A DNA stretch of 64,000 nucleotides from Octopus vulgaris (taxonomy: Eukaryota), in the NCBI GenBank assembly GCA_951406725.2, contig OX597834.1, positions 32,178,001 through 32,242,000 of the forward strand, given 5' to 3'. Numbering within the stretch: position 1 is the stretch's first letter; the number at the start of each line of letters is the position of its first letter. A model generated the notes under the pieces. That model was not told the DNA's origin. It was given only the letters and a program-made list of their open reading frames with translations, and ran no database searches. Shown here one piece after another: positions 24,811-37,958 of the stretch. Position numbers and translations under genes: made by a program.

Positions 24811-25254
24811 AGATTATACACATGTGCATGAAACCAATGGTAGCAGATACAGGTCAGAAAATATGAATTCTAATACTATTGAGTACTTTTGTGCTGACCT
24901 CTTTTTTTTTTATATATTGTGTTATTTATATATATTGTGTTGACCTCTTTTATATATATATACACACACACACACACACGAGAGGGGTTAGGAGGTATGG
25001 AAGGAGGGAGGAAAGGAGAGAGAGAGAGAGAGAGAGATAGATGTGCAAAAGTACAAAAAGAAGTTTCTACTTCAATGACCATCACCACCACCACCTGGTC
25101 AGCTAGAAGTCATTCTAGCATGACTTGCCAGATAATAGCACTTGCAATATTTCCCAATGGAAGATTGGAATGGTTTGGGGTCTTGGAAACACTCAGGCGG
25201 CCTCTCTTCAGTTTTGTTTTTACCAATTCTACAACCATTACTACCATCATATAT

Positions 25255-25592
25255 AACCACCACCACCAACAACAACAACAACCACCACCACCAACAACAC
25301 CACCACCAACACCACCACCACCAACACCACCACCACCAACAACAACAACACCACCACCACCACCAACAACAACCACCACCACCATCAACAATAATGATGG
25401 CAACGATAGTGGTGGCGATGATGGTGATGGTAGTGGTGGTGATGATGATGATGGTAGTGGTGGCGATGATGATGATGGTAGTGGTGGTGGTTGTAGTGGT
25501 AGCAGTGATGATACTGGTGGTTATGATGCTGGTGATGATGATGACTGTGGTAAAAGTGATGGTTATGATGGTGATGATGATGATGATGATTA
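25255..25592. repeat. (CAC/CAA)n followed by (GAT/GGT)n trinucleotide tracts
   Basis: Adjacent simple repeats. Confidence 0.9.
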
Positions 25593-25879
25593 AAGTGAAA
25601 CAATATTCTTTGATTTGATTGGGGGTTTTTTCTTTACTTATTTTCTTTTAATCAATTTGCTGTTTTCTTTTTATTGTTGCTTTTCGGTGCTTTTTTTTTG
25701 TTTTTTGTTCTATTTATTTATTTATTTTCAAATAAACATTTGCTGTCCATTGCCACATGAAAGATGATTGAAGAAACAATTGATGCTTCAGTTGGTTGAA
25801 ATATTCCTGGTGATAGCAGAAGAACATGTTGTATGCATGTGGGGTGGGTGGGGGAAATGGTCTGTAGTGTAAATATCTA

Positions 25880-26540
25880 AGAGGAAAGAATCTAGAAGAA
25901 GAAGGAAGAAAAGGAAGAAGAGAAAAGAGAAAAGAAAGAACTAATGAAGAAAATGAAAAAGGGGGAAGGACTGGAAAGAGAAGATGGAGAAAGTGAAAAG
26001 GAAAGAGAAGATGGAGAGGAGGATGGGAAAGACATGAATGGAGACAGGAGAAGAGAGAAGGAAACAAGGAAACTGGTGAAGAGAGAGAGAGAGAGAGAGA
26101 ATAGAAGGAAAAAGGAAGTGGAGAGGAGATTGTGAAGAAGGTAAAAAGGAAAGGAAGGAGATTAGAAAGAAGGAGAACATGGGGAAAGAGAAGAAAGAGG
26201 CCGGGGAAAGGGAAGGAAAGAGAATGATGTGGAGAATAAGAAGGGAGGATGAGAAAGAGAGAGTAGAATAGGGGAGAGGAAGGGGGAAAGAGAGGAGGGA
26301 GAGAGAAAGAGGAGGGGAAGAGAGGGAAGGAGGAAAAGGGGAGAGGAAGAGAGAGAATGGGTAAGGAGAGAGAAGGGAGAAGAAAGGGGAAGAGAGGAGG
26401 GAGAGGGGAAGGGGGAGAGGGGAAAGAGAGTAGAAGAGGGGAGAGGAAGGGGGAAAGAGAGAGAGAAGGGAGAAGAAAGGGGAAGAGAGGAGGGAGAGGG
26501 GAAGGGAGAGAGGGGGGAAGAAATGGGAAACAATAGAAAG
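25880..26540. repeat. Polypurine (G/A) low-complexity tract
   Basis: About 660 bp almost entirely purine, with an internal ~47-bp duplication (about 26367 and 26460). Confidence 0.9.
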
Positions 26541-26961
26541 ATAGAGTTCCAAGATCAATACTTGGTGTTGGTATTCAAAGAACATTAGCCATCATTGTTT
26601 TGGCAACACTTCACAATCCTTCCACTACTACCCATACCATTATTCCACAACACACCACATATACTACACTACGGTACAACATCCCATAAAACACACACAA
26701 CAACAACTACAACGACAACGACGACGACCACCACCACCAAAGTTCAAATCATACAGTGCAGAGATGTCAGTCTCCAGCAAAGCTCTTGAGGATCAGACAA
26801 GATAGACATAGGCAGGTAGAAATGTAGGAAGGAAAGAAGAAAGACATAAACAAGTAAAGGTAAATAAAAAAAGTAAAATAAAACAAAAACAAAACAGGTA
26901 GACAAACAGACACACAGAAACGGATAAACAAAGGAAATGCATTAACTGACTTTCTATTCAG

Positions 26962-27057
26962 TAAAGGTTTTCAAAACAAAGGCATCTGAAGAATATTGGC
27001 TGCCTATGAAATGGACATTTCCCGGCAGTTTGATGCGTGATTTGACGACATTTACAG
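26962..27057 (+). CDS. Candidate 96-bp internal exon (phase 1-1), product unknown
   Basis: Branch-like aactgac, acceptor tttctattcag|, donor cag|gtaaga; open frame KVFKTKASEEYWLPMKWTFPGSLMRDLTTFT; no homology recognised. Confidence 0.35.
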
Positions 27058-27689
27058 GTAAGACTAAGACAATCTGTTAGCACAGATTGTGTTTATGTAG
27101 TAGGTTTAGGTTTTTTTCATTGTTGATTGATGTTATTGCAGAAAAAGTACCTTACCACCTCTGCTGTGCCTGGGCCGTTTCCAGAAGTAAGTGCCTGGTG
27201 CCAGGTATACTTATGACCTTTCCACTCATGGATACATCACAAAGGAAAAACAAGTCATATTCACAGCATCCATGGAGCTGCAATGGGATGCCAAATATTG
27301 GTTAAGTACCATACATATCTGCTTGATGGTCCCTCCTGGAAATTTTGTAGGGAGCTTACTCTCTTAGCCCTCCTTGAACACTATAAATCATCCTACAAGG
27401 CAGCAGGGTCTTATTATTATAGAGCATGTGGTTTGTGCAGAGACAGTCTCACTCTCTCGTCCTTCAAACTTGTATTGGTCTCAGGCAACAAGGACCACAA
27501 GCCTAGTAGTTATCAGGATCTAAGAGTTAGCTTGTCTTAGATGAACAAACAGCTAAAGAATCAAGGGGCCTCATCAGCCCTGGGTCTGTTGAGATGTCTG
27601 TGAATGATCTCTTTCCATGACATGCCAATTAACCTACAGCTGAGACCCTAACAGGTGCTACTACCCATGGTCAGAGTATAGTAGTAATG

Positions 27690-27915
27690 TGTGTGTGTGT
27701 GTGTGTGCGCATCCCACCACCATCTGACAACTGGTGTTGGTTTGGTTACATTTCTATAACCTATCAGTTATAGCAAAAGAGACTGATAGAATAAGTACCA
27801 GACTTTAAAATCAAGTCCTGGGGTCAATTTGTTCAACTAAGAATTCTCTAAGAATTCTTCAAGGTGGTGCCCCAGCATGGTTGCAGTCCAATGACTGAAA
27901 CAAGTGAAAGAGAAA
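27690..27915 (+). mobile_element. SINE family B, 3' half
   Basis: (TG)n, gacaactggtgttgg ... gtccaatgactgaaacaag. Confidence 0.8.
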
Positions 27916-27934
27916 AGATAACAAAAATAATACT

Positions 27935-28145
27935 GTGGCAGATACCAGTGTCACGCAAATGGCACCTGTGCCAGTGACATGTAAAAGCACTCATTACACT
28001 CTTGGAGTGGTTGGCATTAGGAAGGGCATCCAGCCGTAGAAAACCATGCCAAATCAGACTGGAGTCTGGTGCAGGCTTCCGGGGTATCAGCCCGGTCAAA
28101 CCGTCCAACCCATGCCAGCAGGGACACTGGACGTTAAATGATGAG
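27935..28145 (+). mobile_element. SINE-like family C
   Basis: ggttggcattaggaagggcatccagccgtagaaa ... ggacgttaaatgatg. Confidence 0.85.
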
Positions 28146-28626
28146 GAGTATGGAAGCACGTAACAAGTCTTATGTTCATCTGCTTCACAGAGGTAACATG
28201 TTTAGTAATAGCTAGCTGGTATTTTTGAAAATCCCTTTGAATGCACAAGATATTCATCGATAGGACACAGAAACACATACATGCAGATAGACAGAGCTGC
28301 ATTTACACACAGATATATGTACAAATAGACCACACACACACACACACAGGCATGCAAATCACAAACACAGACAGACAGAGAGACATATGCACAGACATAG
28401 ATTCACATAGAAACAGGTATACATGCAAACGCATATGCCCACACATCAGTAAGCTCTGCTTTCACGAGTTCTGTTAGCAATGAGCAAGCAAAGAAAAAGA
28501 AAAGGGAGGGAAAAAGAAAAAGAAAAAGGAAAGAGCAAAATGCAAATTCTATAATTTGAAGAAATGTAAGAATTCCAAGATGGAAGTGGCTTGAAGATAA
28601 CAAGACTTACAAGGAGGGGAAGCAAT

Positions 28627-28666
<40 letters not shown>

Positions 28667-29174
28667 TTGTGTGTGTGTGTTTTCATATGCATATTTATAT
28701 CTATAGGAGCAACAATATATGAGAGTGTGTGTATGTATATACATATGTGTATAGACGTGTGTGCATACATATACATACACATATGTGCATACATATATGT
28801 GCATGTCACGTGAAAAGCAAATACACACAAATCTCTATTTTACATATTAGATATATATACACACACACACGTGCATATATATATGTGCATACATACATAT
28901 GTGAGATTAAAATATTATCTGAATACCAGAATCTGGAGATTATACAGTCTTAAAGAACTAAAAAGGTCACCAGCAGGTAAGAGAGTGGTGGTGTGTTCTT
29001 GGAGGGATACAAAGGTATTAGAGGGAACTGCAAGGGAGAAAGGGGAAAGAGAGTTGAATAAGGGGGCGACACGGAAAAGGGGCTGCAAAAGAAAGAATAC
29101 TTAAGCACATTTGACTCTGTTAGCGCTCGTTCGACTATTGTGAAAGAGGAGTCTACAGATTTACATAATGAAGA

Positions 29175-29582
29175 GTACTCTTACTCTTTTACTTGTTTCA
29201 GTCATTTGACTGCAGCCATGCTGGAGCACCACCTTTAGTCGAGCAAATTGACCCCAGGACTTATTCTTTGTAAGCCTAGTACTTATTCTATCGGTCTCTT
29301 TTGCCGAACTGCTAAGTTACAGGGACGTAAACACACCACCATCGGTTGTCAAGTGATGTTGGAGGGACAAACACAGACACACAAACTCACACACACATAT
29401 ATATATATATATACATATATACGACGGGCTTCTTTCAGTTTCCGTCTACCAAATCCACTCACAAGGCTTTGGTCGGCCCGAGGCTATAGTAGAAGACGCT
29501 TGTCCAAGGTGCCATGCAGTGGGACTGAACCTGGAACCATGTGGTTGGTTAGCAAGCTACTTACCACACAGCCACTCCTGCG
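29175..29582 (-). mobile_element. SINE family B, full length (older tandem copy at about 29620-29952)
   Basis: Near-consensus copy with (aagagta)n tail on the minus strand. Confidence 0.92.
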
Positions 29583-30384
29583 ACTATACTGGAGCTATCT
29601 TTTAGGTTTTTTTTTTGTTTGTTTGTTTCAGTCCTTGAACTGTGGCCATGCTGGGGCACTGCCTTGAAGGGTTTCAGTTGAATAAATTGACCCAAGTACT
29701 TATTTTGTCAGTTTCTTTTGCTTAACTGCAAGGGACATAAGCAAACAAGGAACTAACACAAAAACACAATCTCTCTCACACACACACACATACAATGGGC
29801 TTCTTTCAGTTTCTATTTACCAAATCCGCTGACAAGGCTTTGGTCAGTTAGGCTCTATAGTAGAAGACGCTCGTCCAAGATGCAACACAGTGGGACTGAA
29901 CCTTAAAACCACATGGTTCGGAAGCAAGCTTCTTACCACACAGCCACACCTGTGCTTATCTATGCTGACTGTTAGTTTGCCTCTCCTCCTCATCCCCATC
30001 ATTTCACTGTCTCTCTTCAGTAAGAGGCTGAAATAGCAAATGCTTTCGATTTTTTCTTCATATCTACACATTCTCCTTAAAGCCACAATTCTTTACCTGG
30101 AGAAGGGAGGTGGTGGAATTTCAGAATTCCAAGAGAAAATTTAGGAATTCCAATACGAAAATTGGATTTTAAGTTGAAAACTTCTCCATCAATATTCACA
30201 CAGTGTTGGCTGAATTTATTTTGGAAATATTGATTTTAACAACGCTAATGTTAAATTAATATAAGGCTGTTTATGTTATGCAATAAACTGTGTTGTATAT
30301 GAAACTGCATTTCTTTCTCTCTCTCTCTCTCTCTCTCTCATCATAAGCAGGGGAGAGGGAATTGGGACGAATTAAGAAAGAGGT

Positions 30385-30735
30385 GAACAGGCTGTGTGGT
30401 TAAAAAGTTTGCTTTGCAATCAAGTAGCGTCAGGTTCAGTCCCACTACACAGCGCCTTGACCAAGTGCTTTCAACTATAGCCCCAGGCCAACCAATGCCT
30501 TATGAGTAAATTTGGGAGATGGAAACTGTGAGAAGACAGTCGTGTGTGTGTGTGTGTCTGTATATGGCTCTCCACCCATCATCTGAGAACCAGTGTTGGT
30601 TTGTTTTCATCCTTGTAAGTTAGCAGTTCAGCAAAAGGGACCTATAGGATGAGTACCAGTGTCAAAATAAGTAGCAGAGTCAATTTCTACAAAGCAGTGC
30701 TCCAGCATGGCCACAGTCCAATGACTGCAACAAGC
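30385..30735 (+). mobile_element. SINE family B, old copy
   Basis: Diverged head, CORE-like segment and tail. Confidence 0.8.
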
Positions 30736-32849
30736 AGATGGACCATAAAGAAGGTTTATTTTTTTAAAACAAAAAAAACCCAAAAAAAAACACTGCTGTA
30801 GGGATTACTCATCTGATGGGGGTAAATCTAGCTATATTTTACCCCCAAAATGATAAAAAAATTATGTCGCATGTCATAAACCTCATGAATTGTATGAGGA
30901 TTGGTGGGGCACTAAATAGAACACCTTTAATCATTTGATTTTGAGTCTGGTTCATTCTGAGTTCAAATCCCAATCAAGTCTTTGCCTCAAGTACTCATAG
31001 GGAAAGTTACTTGGTTTCTATGGTGTGTAAACGATCGAGATTACATTTCCCCTGGATGGGATGCTGGTCCATCACAGGGTTAACTTTCCCAGCTACTGCT
31101 GGAACTCATTTACAGCTGAGCGGACTGGAGCAATGTGGAATGAAGTGTTTTGCTCAAGAATACAGCACACCACCCAGTCTAGGATTTGAGATCACAATCT
31201 TGAAATCCTGAGTGCAACACCCTAACCACTGGACTATGTGTACCCAAGGATAACTTACAAGGTCAATGAAACAAGCAGCAATAAAATAAGTACTGAGAGG
31301 AGAGGTCCATTTATAATCAACTGTACTTTTCCCCAAGAAGGCAAAGTGCTCCAGCTTGGCCACAGAGCAATGGCTGAAACAAATAAGCCAGTTATAAAAT
31401 AAGACAGAGACCATAAAGGACAATAGTTAATAAACAAGACCTCACTGATTTAGACAGCCATGACTGTGTGGTTAAAAAACTCACTTTGCAATCACAGATT
31501 TTGGGTTCAGTCCTACTGCATGGCACCCTGAACAAATGTCCCCTACTATTGTCGACTTCTATTATTTAATATTTTTTTTTATTTCACTTGAAACTATTGC
31601 AACGGTGAGAAACACTCGGCAATCATTCACACGGATAACCAGCCACAAAGTAAATAGTATTGTGAAATAGATAAAAAGTGATTGAGACACACACACACAC
31701 ACACACACAAACATACACAGATACAAAGAGACAGACAGACGTACACCTCTTCTAAAATAGTGTTAGACACCATTAAAATGCTGAAAGGTTTGAGCGCGGA
31801 TTAGATGCGAGACATATTCAAAGCATAAAGACGCAAAGGATATAGAACGAAAGTGGTGCGATGAAAGATAAAGAAAGAAACACACACACTATTATGTGAT
31901 GCAAAACAATACCAGCTTTTGTTTGAAGTGTGTTGTGTCTTAAGTTTGTCACGTAAGGCAAACAAAATTACAAATATATACATTATGTATGTACACACTT
32001 ACACATGTGTATATGTTTATGCATAAATATATGCACACACACACACACACACGTCTAAACTGTAACCCCAAAAAGTACTTTTCAGAATGTAGTCCATCAT
32101 GCAATACCAGCTCAAGATATATAATAAATCTCTTGTACCTGTCTTTGTTTTCTTTTTTGCTCTCTCTCTCTCTCTCTCTTTTTGTTTGATAGAGGACTAA
32201 TGTCCAAAACATTAAGACTATTTCCCTTCCTTCATTTTGGTGTTAAGGTAATACAATATCTATTACATGTCCCTCCCTTGTTTTTTTTCTATTTGTTCTG
32301 GTGGCTGCTATGATTTCGGTGCAAAACGAATCAGTTGGGTTGGGGGTCTCTATTATGGTAACATGTGCTGAGGAAGCTGAGGCTATTTGCCAGTGCGGAA
32401 ACCAGTCCACGTGAATCCAAATACTGGAATGTATGCTGGGAGAGTGTCTTAGCCCATTTGTCTTTGGACAGTTGATTTCTGTAGTTATTATAAATGTATT
32501 TCGATGATTTAAATAAGACCTTTGACTGTTATTTACAGCAGGTAGACATACTTAGTATGTCCTTTGATTTTAATCCTTCAGTTATATATATATATATATA
32601 TTAATATGTTAGTATATAGGGATAAATTATCTTGGTGGGTACTGTGATAGCTCCCAGGTATGTTCCAGGTTACGGCTAACCACATAAAGTAGTTGTAATT
32701 CTTTTGATGGATAATTCCAGGTTTGTTTCCCTGGATTATATTATCAGGTGTGTAGATTTCAAACAATTACAAAGAATACGGAGACTGGTACATCATCGAA
32801 TTTTTTTTTTTATATATATATATCTCCATTTTTGTCACTCACAAGTCCT

Positions 32850-33080
32850 GGGAGGTTTCATGGGGACAGTGTCCATGGGCACCTCCTTCATAGGGTCCTA
32901 ACAGAAACAAACATCACTAAGCATTCAAGCTGGATTCCCAAGAATGACCAATTGAGACGATGCCTATTATCCAACCACCTCATTCTTGATCTGACCCATA
33001 AGTCTCTTGCTAGTTGGCTCGGCTTGCAAACATTTCTAGCAACATTCCAATCACGTTTGTAGTACCAGAAGCAACAGCTT
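32850..33080 (-). pseudogene. RTE (Expander/Rex3-like) LINE 3' fragment, decayed
   Basis: Minus strand encodes pieces GQIK/RSRMRWLDN...SFLGIQLECL...RTL*RRCP, resembling GRPRTRW.D.I...W..LGI...L....R..W; frameshifted. Confidence 0.55.
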
Positions 33081-33379
33081 GAGGTGACCTTTTATAGCCA
33101 GAAGTTCTTTCCATTGCCAGCGCTTACCTGTTTTTAAGGTAAGCAGGGTTTTTTTTTTGTTCCACAGGCTTGTGAAAGCGCAGTCAGTTGTAGATTCAAC
33201 AAGGAATGTCAATATTGCCACATCAAATGATGAAGACAAGTGTGGATTACAAGAATTCTTGCACATTCACACACAAAAACATAACTGATCTGGGTGGGAT
33301 TTGAACACAAAGGGCATGGCTGAAATAAATACCACAAGGCATTTTGTCCTATAATCTAACAACCTTACCACTTTGTCCT

Positions 33380-33801
33380 TTAACTCTTTAGCATCTGGCC
33401 AAAATATTCAACCAGTTTTATGTCCAAACTCACCAGATCTGGCCTCTTGTGCCTACCCTACAATGTCATTCTAAAAGTGAAACAACTACTTCATCAGAAG
33501 TGTGAAGCTACAAGATAATCCATGATTAATCTAAAACAATGTGAATAAATAAGAATTATATTTGAGAGAGAAATCTGAATGCCAAAGGGTTAAACCAGCC
33601 ATATTTAGCCCAAATATTGTGTGTTTTATGTTCACACTGCTCACATCTGGCCTCTCACACTTCCCTTACAATGTCATTCTAAAGATAAACTGTTACATCA
33701 TTGAAATCTCAAAGCTCCAAGATAAAGCATGATTAATTCAAAACAATGTGGTTACATAAGCATTGCATTTGACAGAATAATTTGAATGCTAAAAGGGTTA
33801 A
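33380..33801. mobile_element. Two abutting piggyBac-like MITE (family 1) bodies
   Basis: ttaa-ctctttagcat ... aatgccaaaggg-ttaa (33590-33593), then a second body ending aatgctaaaaggg-ttaa. Confidence 0.8.
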
Positions 33802-34061
33802 GTAACAAGGGAGAGTCTAGTTGATCCCTATAGCCCTTGGTATTTATTCAGTTGGGCACTTAAAGGATGGGAAGTCAACTTTGGCAGGATTTGAACTCTG
33901 AAAGTAAAAGGACATAACTGAAAAGAGGAAGGCATTTGGTTTGCCATGCAGGCCATTGTGTCATCCACTGCCTGGAATTGTAGCATTTAATCATAGTTTA
34001 AAACCGTTTTTCTTATGCTTAACATGAAATGCTTCCAACCATCAGGTAGAGAAAAACAGAG

Positions 34062-34096
<35 letters not shown>

Positions 34097-34182
34097 AAGA
34101 GAATCTGTCACTGTGACATATACTTGTTTGTGGATGTGTGGGTAGACAGATAAAAAGATGGTGATGGGGTGGGGAAGAGAAT

Positions 34183-34550
34183 GAGAGAGTGACAGATGGG
34201 GAGAGAAGGAGTGACAGATGGGGAGAGAAAGAGTGAGAGGGGAAAGAGAGAGAGTGACAGGGGGGAAAGAGAGAGAGTGACAGAGGGGAAAGAGAGAGAG
34301 TGACAGAGGTGGGGGAGAATGACAGAGGGGGAGAGAGAATGACAGAGGGGGAGAGAGAATGACAGAGGGGGAGAGAGAGTGACAGAGGGGGAGAGAGAGT
34401 GACAGAGGGGGAGAGAGAGTGACAGAGGGGGAGAGAGAGTGACAGAGGGGGAGAGAGAATGACAGAGGGGGAGAGAGAGTGACAGAGGGGGAGAGAGAGT
34501 GATAGAGGGGGAGAGGGAGTGACAGAGGAGGTGAGGGAGTGACAGAGAGA
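34183..34550. repeat. 20-bp minisatellite GACAGAGGGGGAGAGAGA(G/A)T
   Basis: About 10 near-perfect copies at 34320-34520 with degenerate flanking copies. Confidence 0.95.
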
Positions 34551-34859
34551 GCAAAAGCGAGAGAGAGTGAGCAACAGTGGCAGAAAGAGAGAAAGAGGAA
34601 GAAAGAGAAAGAGAGGTACATATATCAATAAAATGCTAATAATCAACAGAGAAGTAATCGGTGCTGAAATGCTGCACTGGCAGAAAGACATGGAAACCAG
34701 TTTTGCATATATGTGCATTTATGTGCAAGTGAATGTGCACGTGCATGCAAGCATGAGGACACTGACGATTTTCCCCTCAGTCACATTGGCTGATTAAAAG
34801 CTGAAATGGAAAGTTTTATGTAACTTGAATCATATGAATGAATATATATGTATATATAT

Positions 34860-34892
34860 ATATACATACACACACATATATATCTTAGATAT

Positions 34893-34935
<43 letters not shown>

Positions 34936-34949
34936 TATATCTTAGATAT

Positions 34950-34988
<39 letters not shown>

Positions 34989-34996
34989 TATATCTT

Positions 34997-35041
<45 letters not shown>

Positions 35042-35051
35042 TCTTAGATAT

Positions 35052-35089
<38 letters not shown>

Positions 35090-35090
35090 T
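34860..35090. repeat. Tandem unit (cacacatatatcttagatatac) with variable (TA)n spacers
   Basis: Four copies of atcttagatata separated by TA runs of differing length. Confidence 0.85.
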
Positions 35091-35185
35091 TGTATTAAGC
35101 ATAAATATATATGCACACGTGTAAGAGTGTCAATATACGTATATATATATATATATATATATCTACACACACAACCGAACATAAC

Positions 35186-35240
<55 letters not shown>

Positions 35241-35909
35241 TTACATACAAATATAGCTGTATATATATAGTGTATGTGAGTGTGTGCATACGTACATACA
35301 CAAATATAGCCATATATATACACAAAAACATAGCCATATATATATATATATATACATACATATATAAACACACAAACAGCCACATATATACATATATATA
35401 TACACACACAAACATAGCCATATTCATACATATATACACACAGACATAGCGGTGTATGTGTGTATATATATATATATGCATAGAATACATGACAAGAACT
35501 GTGTAAGAAAATAAACAGCAAGACTGTAATATCATCTACGAAAGACATGCACAGAAGCATGCCACAAAAACTCTAAACTGTTGGATTAGGTGTCATGAAT
35601 AATAAATAACTAGAAAAAAATAAAATAATTCTTTTTTTCTTTTAAATCTGTACACTTAAGAGCAAATTGCAAAGAAATATAGAAATAGAAGTTTACTTCA
35701 CAGCAAACCATTAAGAGATGATCTCTCAGGATAATTCCTGCAGCAACTGATCTATTGATAGTGTGTATGCATTGAGTATGATACATAGATGGCTATTATA
35801 ATTAAATACTGCTTTACTCGCATATACAACATTTTTTTTTTTTTCAGCTAGGCAAGCTATTTGCAACATCAATGAATGTTTTGTTTGCCTTTCAAAATAA
35901 CAGAGATGA

Positions 35910-36250
35910 TGGTCCGTTGCCAGCCTCGCCTGGCCCCATGCCGGTGGCACGTAAAAGCACCATCCACTCGTGTCCGTTGCCAGCCTCGCCTGGCCCCCGT
36001 GACGGTGGCACGTAAAAGCACCATCCGTTCGTGGCTGTTTGCCAGCTCCGTCTGGCACCTGTGCGGGTGGCACGTAAAAAGCACCCACTACACTCACGGA
36101 GTGGTTGGCGTTAGGAAGGGCATCCAGCCGTAGAAACACTGCCAGACCTGACAGGGCCTGATGCAGCCTTACGGCTTCACAGACCCCAGTTGAACCGTCC
36201 AACCCATGCTAGTATGGAAAACGGACGTTAAATGATGATGATGATGATGA
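35910..36250 (+). mobile_element. SINE-like family C, young, with internal tandem repeats
   Basis: Three ggtggcacgtaaaagcacc units, core and (GAT)n tail. Confidence 0.9.
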
Positions 36251-36544
36251 TTATGGATTTTCATCAAAGCATGTGACTGGCTGCAAGTACACACCATTGA
36301 AGAGGGTCAAAAAGGCCGAAATGAGTCTGGCACTCTTGCTGGCCGCTGCTGGGATGAATTCTTATCTCTCTCTTTCTGATACTCATTTTGTTTTTAACAC
36401 AGCAAGTCCATAAGAGAGGTTATCCTAGGACAAATACTGCCATAACTGACCTATCCCCATTATGTATACATTAGGTATGATATATGGATGGCTATTTTCA
36501 TTAAATACTACTTCATTTGTGTATACTGGGATATATATATATAG

Positions 36545-36910
36545 GCACAGGTGTGGCTGTGTAGTAAGTAGCCTGTTCCCCAACTACATGGTTCTGGGTT
36601 CAGTTCTACTGTGTGGCATCTTGGGCAAGTGTCTTCTACTATAGCCTCAGGCCGACCAAAGCCTTGCGAGTGGATTTGGTAGACAGAAACTGAAAAGAAG
36701 CCCATATATGTATTCATGTCTGTTTGTCCTGCCACCATTGCTTTACAATCAATGTTGGTCTGTTTATGTACCCGTAACTTAGCAGTTCAGCAAAAGAGAC
36801 CATTAGAATAAGTACTAAGCTTACAAAAAGTACTGGGGTCAATTTGTTCGACTAAAGGCGGTGCTCCAGCATGGCCACAATCACATGACTGAAACAAGTA
36901 AAAGAATAAA
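36545..36910 (+). mobile_element. SINE family B, full length
   Basis: Head through tail gactgaaacaagtaaaagaata. Confidence 0.9.
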
Positions 36911-37069
36911 GGAATATATATATATATATATATAAAACAGTCTGATTTGGTGCCATGTGGCTTAACGTTTCACAGGTTCCTTACAGAAACCCAGTTCAAT
37001 CAGGCTCAGGTTACTGACTGATAGTCTGAGCCTGAACAAGCCTACAAAACTAAGTCGCTTGGAGCCAAA

Positions 37070-37150
37070 TCAAATCGTTTTAAATCATAATATATGTAAC
37101 TCCTACGAAATAATGTGTTGAATGCCTTTTTCTTTTGTTTGACCTCACAC
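37070..37150. repeat. Unclassified dispersed repeat (inverted copy about 62940-63012)
   Basis: ttttaaat..taatatatgtaactcctacgaaa...gtgttgaatgccttttt shared in opposite orientation. Confidence 0.75.
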
Positions 37151-37779
37151 ACACACGAGTGAGAGTGTGAGAATATATCCTGTTGTCTACGAAGGTAAAC
37201 CAATAGATTGTGTTGTTTAGTCTCTGATTGAAAGTGTTTCTGCTGTTGCTGTCCCATACTCAATCCATACAGTATCTACGACAATCATTATCTAATGTAA
37301 CAGCTGTCAGTAAAATATGATTCGAGGGACATTTGACTGCTATTTCTAGCAAGCAAAATGACCATGTAGACTCTCTCTCTCTCTCTCTCTATTTGGCTTT
37401 TCATTAGACAGCTATCTTAGTGAGCACATCATTTGAAAGAGAGGTGGGGGGGGATGGTAATGTACTAATAGAAACTGGTTGTTGTGTTTACCCAGTTAGC
37501 AAGTAATGAGAGGTTCAATTCCTATCAGAGAGGGCAATCAATTGTTTTTTTAAAATGTATTTAATGCGAGTTATTTTTGCTTGTTATTTATTTATTTTTG
37601 TCAGTTTGTTATGTAGCATTGATGGCTGGGACTTTTGGTGACCTCACAGACTGAAGCCAACGCCCAACCTCAAAAGCATTTGCAGGAAAAAAGGAAAAAA
37701 CCAAAAACCCCAGGAGCAGGAAGTGAATTTGCCATGGTTACCAAACTTTCTCTCCTTTTAAAATTTTGAACATCATCAT

Positions 37780-37958
37780 CATGGTGCCTTTTACATGCCA
37801 CTGGCACAGGAGCCAGTCAGAGGGCACTGGCATCAACCGTGTTTGGATGGTGCTTTTGACGTGCCACTGGCACAGGAGCCAGTCAGAGGGCACTGGCATC
37901 AACCATGTTTGGATGGTGCTTTTGACGTGCCACTGGCACAGGAGCCAGTCAGGGGTCA
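37780..37958. repeat. ~64-bp tandem repeat (about 2.8 copies) derived from the family C internal unit
   Basis: atggtgc.tt..ac.tgccactggcacaggagccagtcag repeated three times. Confidence 0.88.

Noticed and set aside
24919-25593. 224-aa Pro/Thr then Gly/Asp ORF
   Set aside because: Built from TA, CA, GA, CAC and GAT microsatellites; overlapping frames are equally open.
33987-34718. 243-aa repetitive ORF
   Set aside because: Translation of the 20-bp minisatellite; all three minus frames are open.
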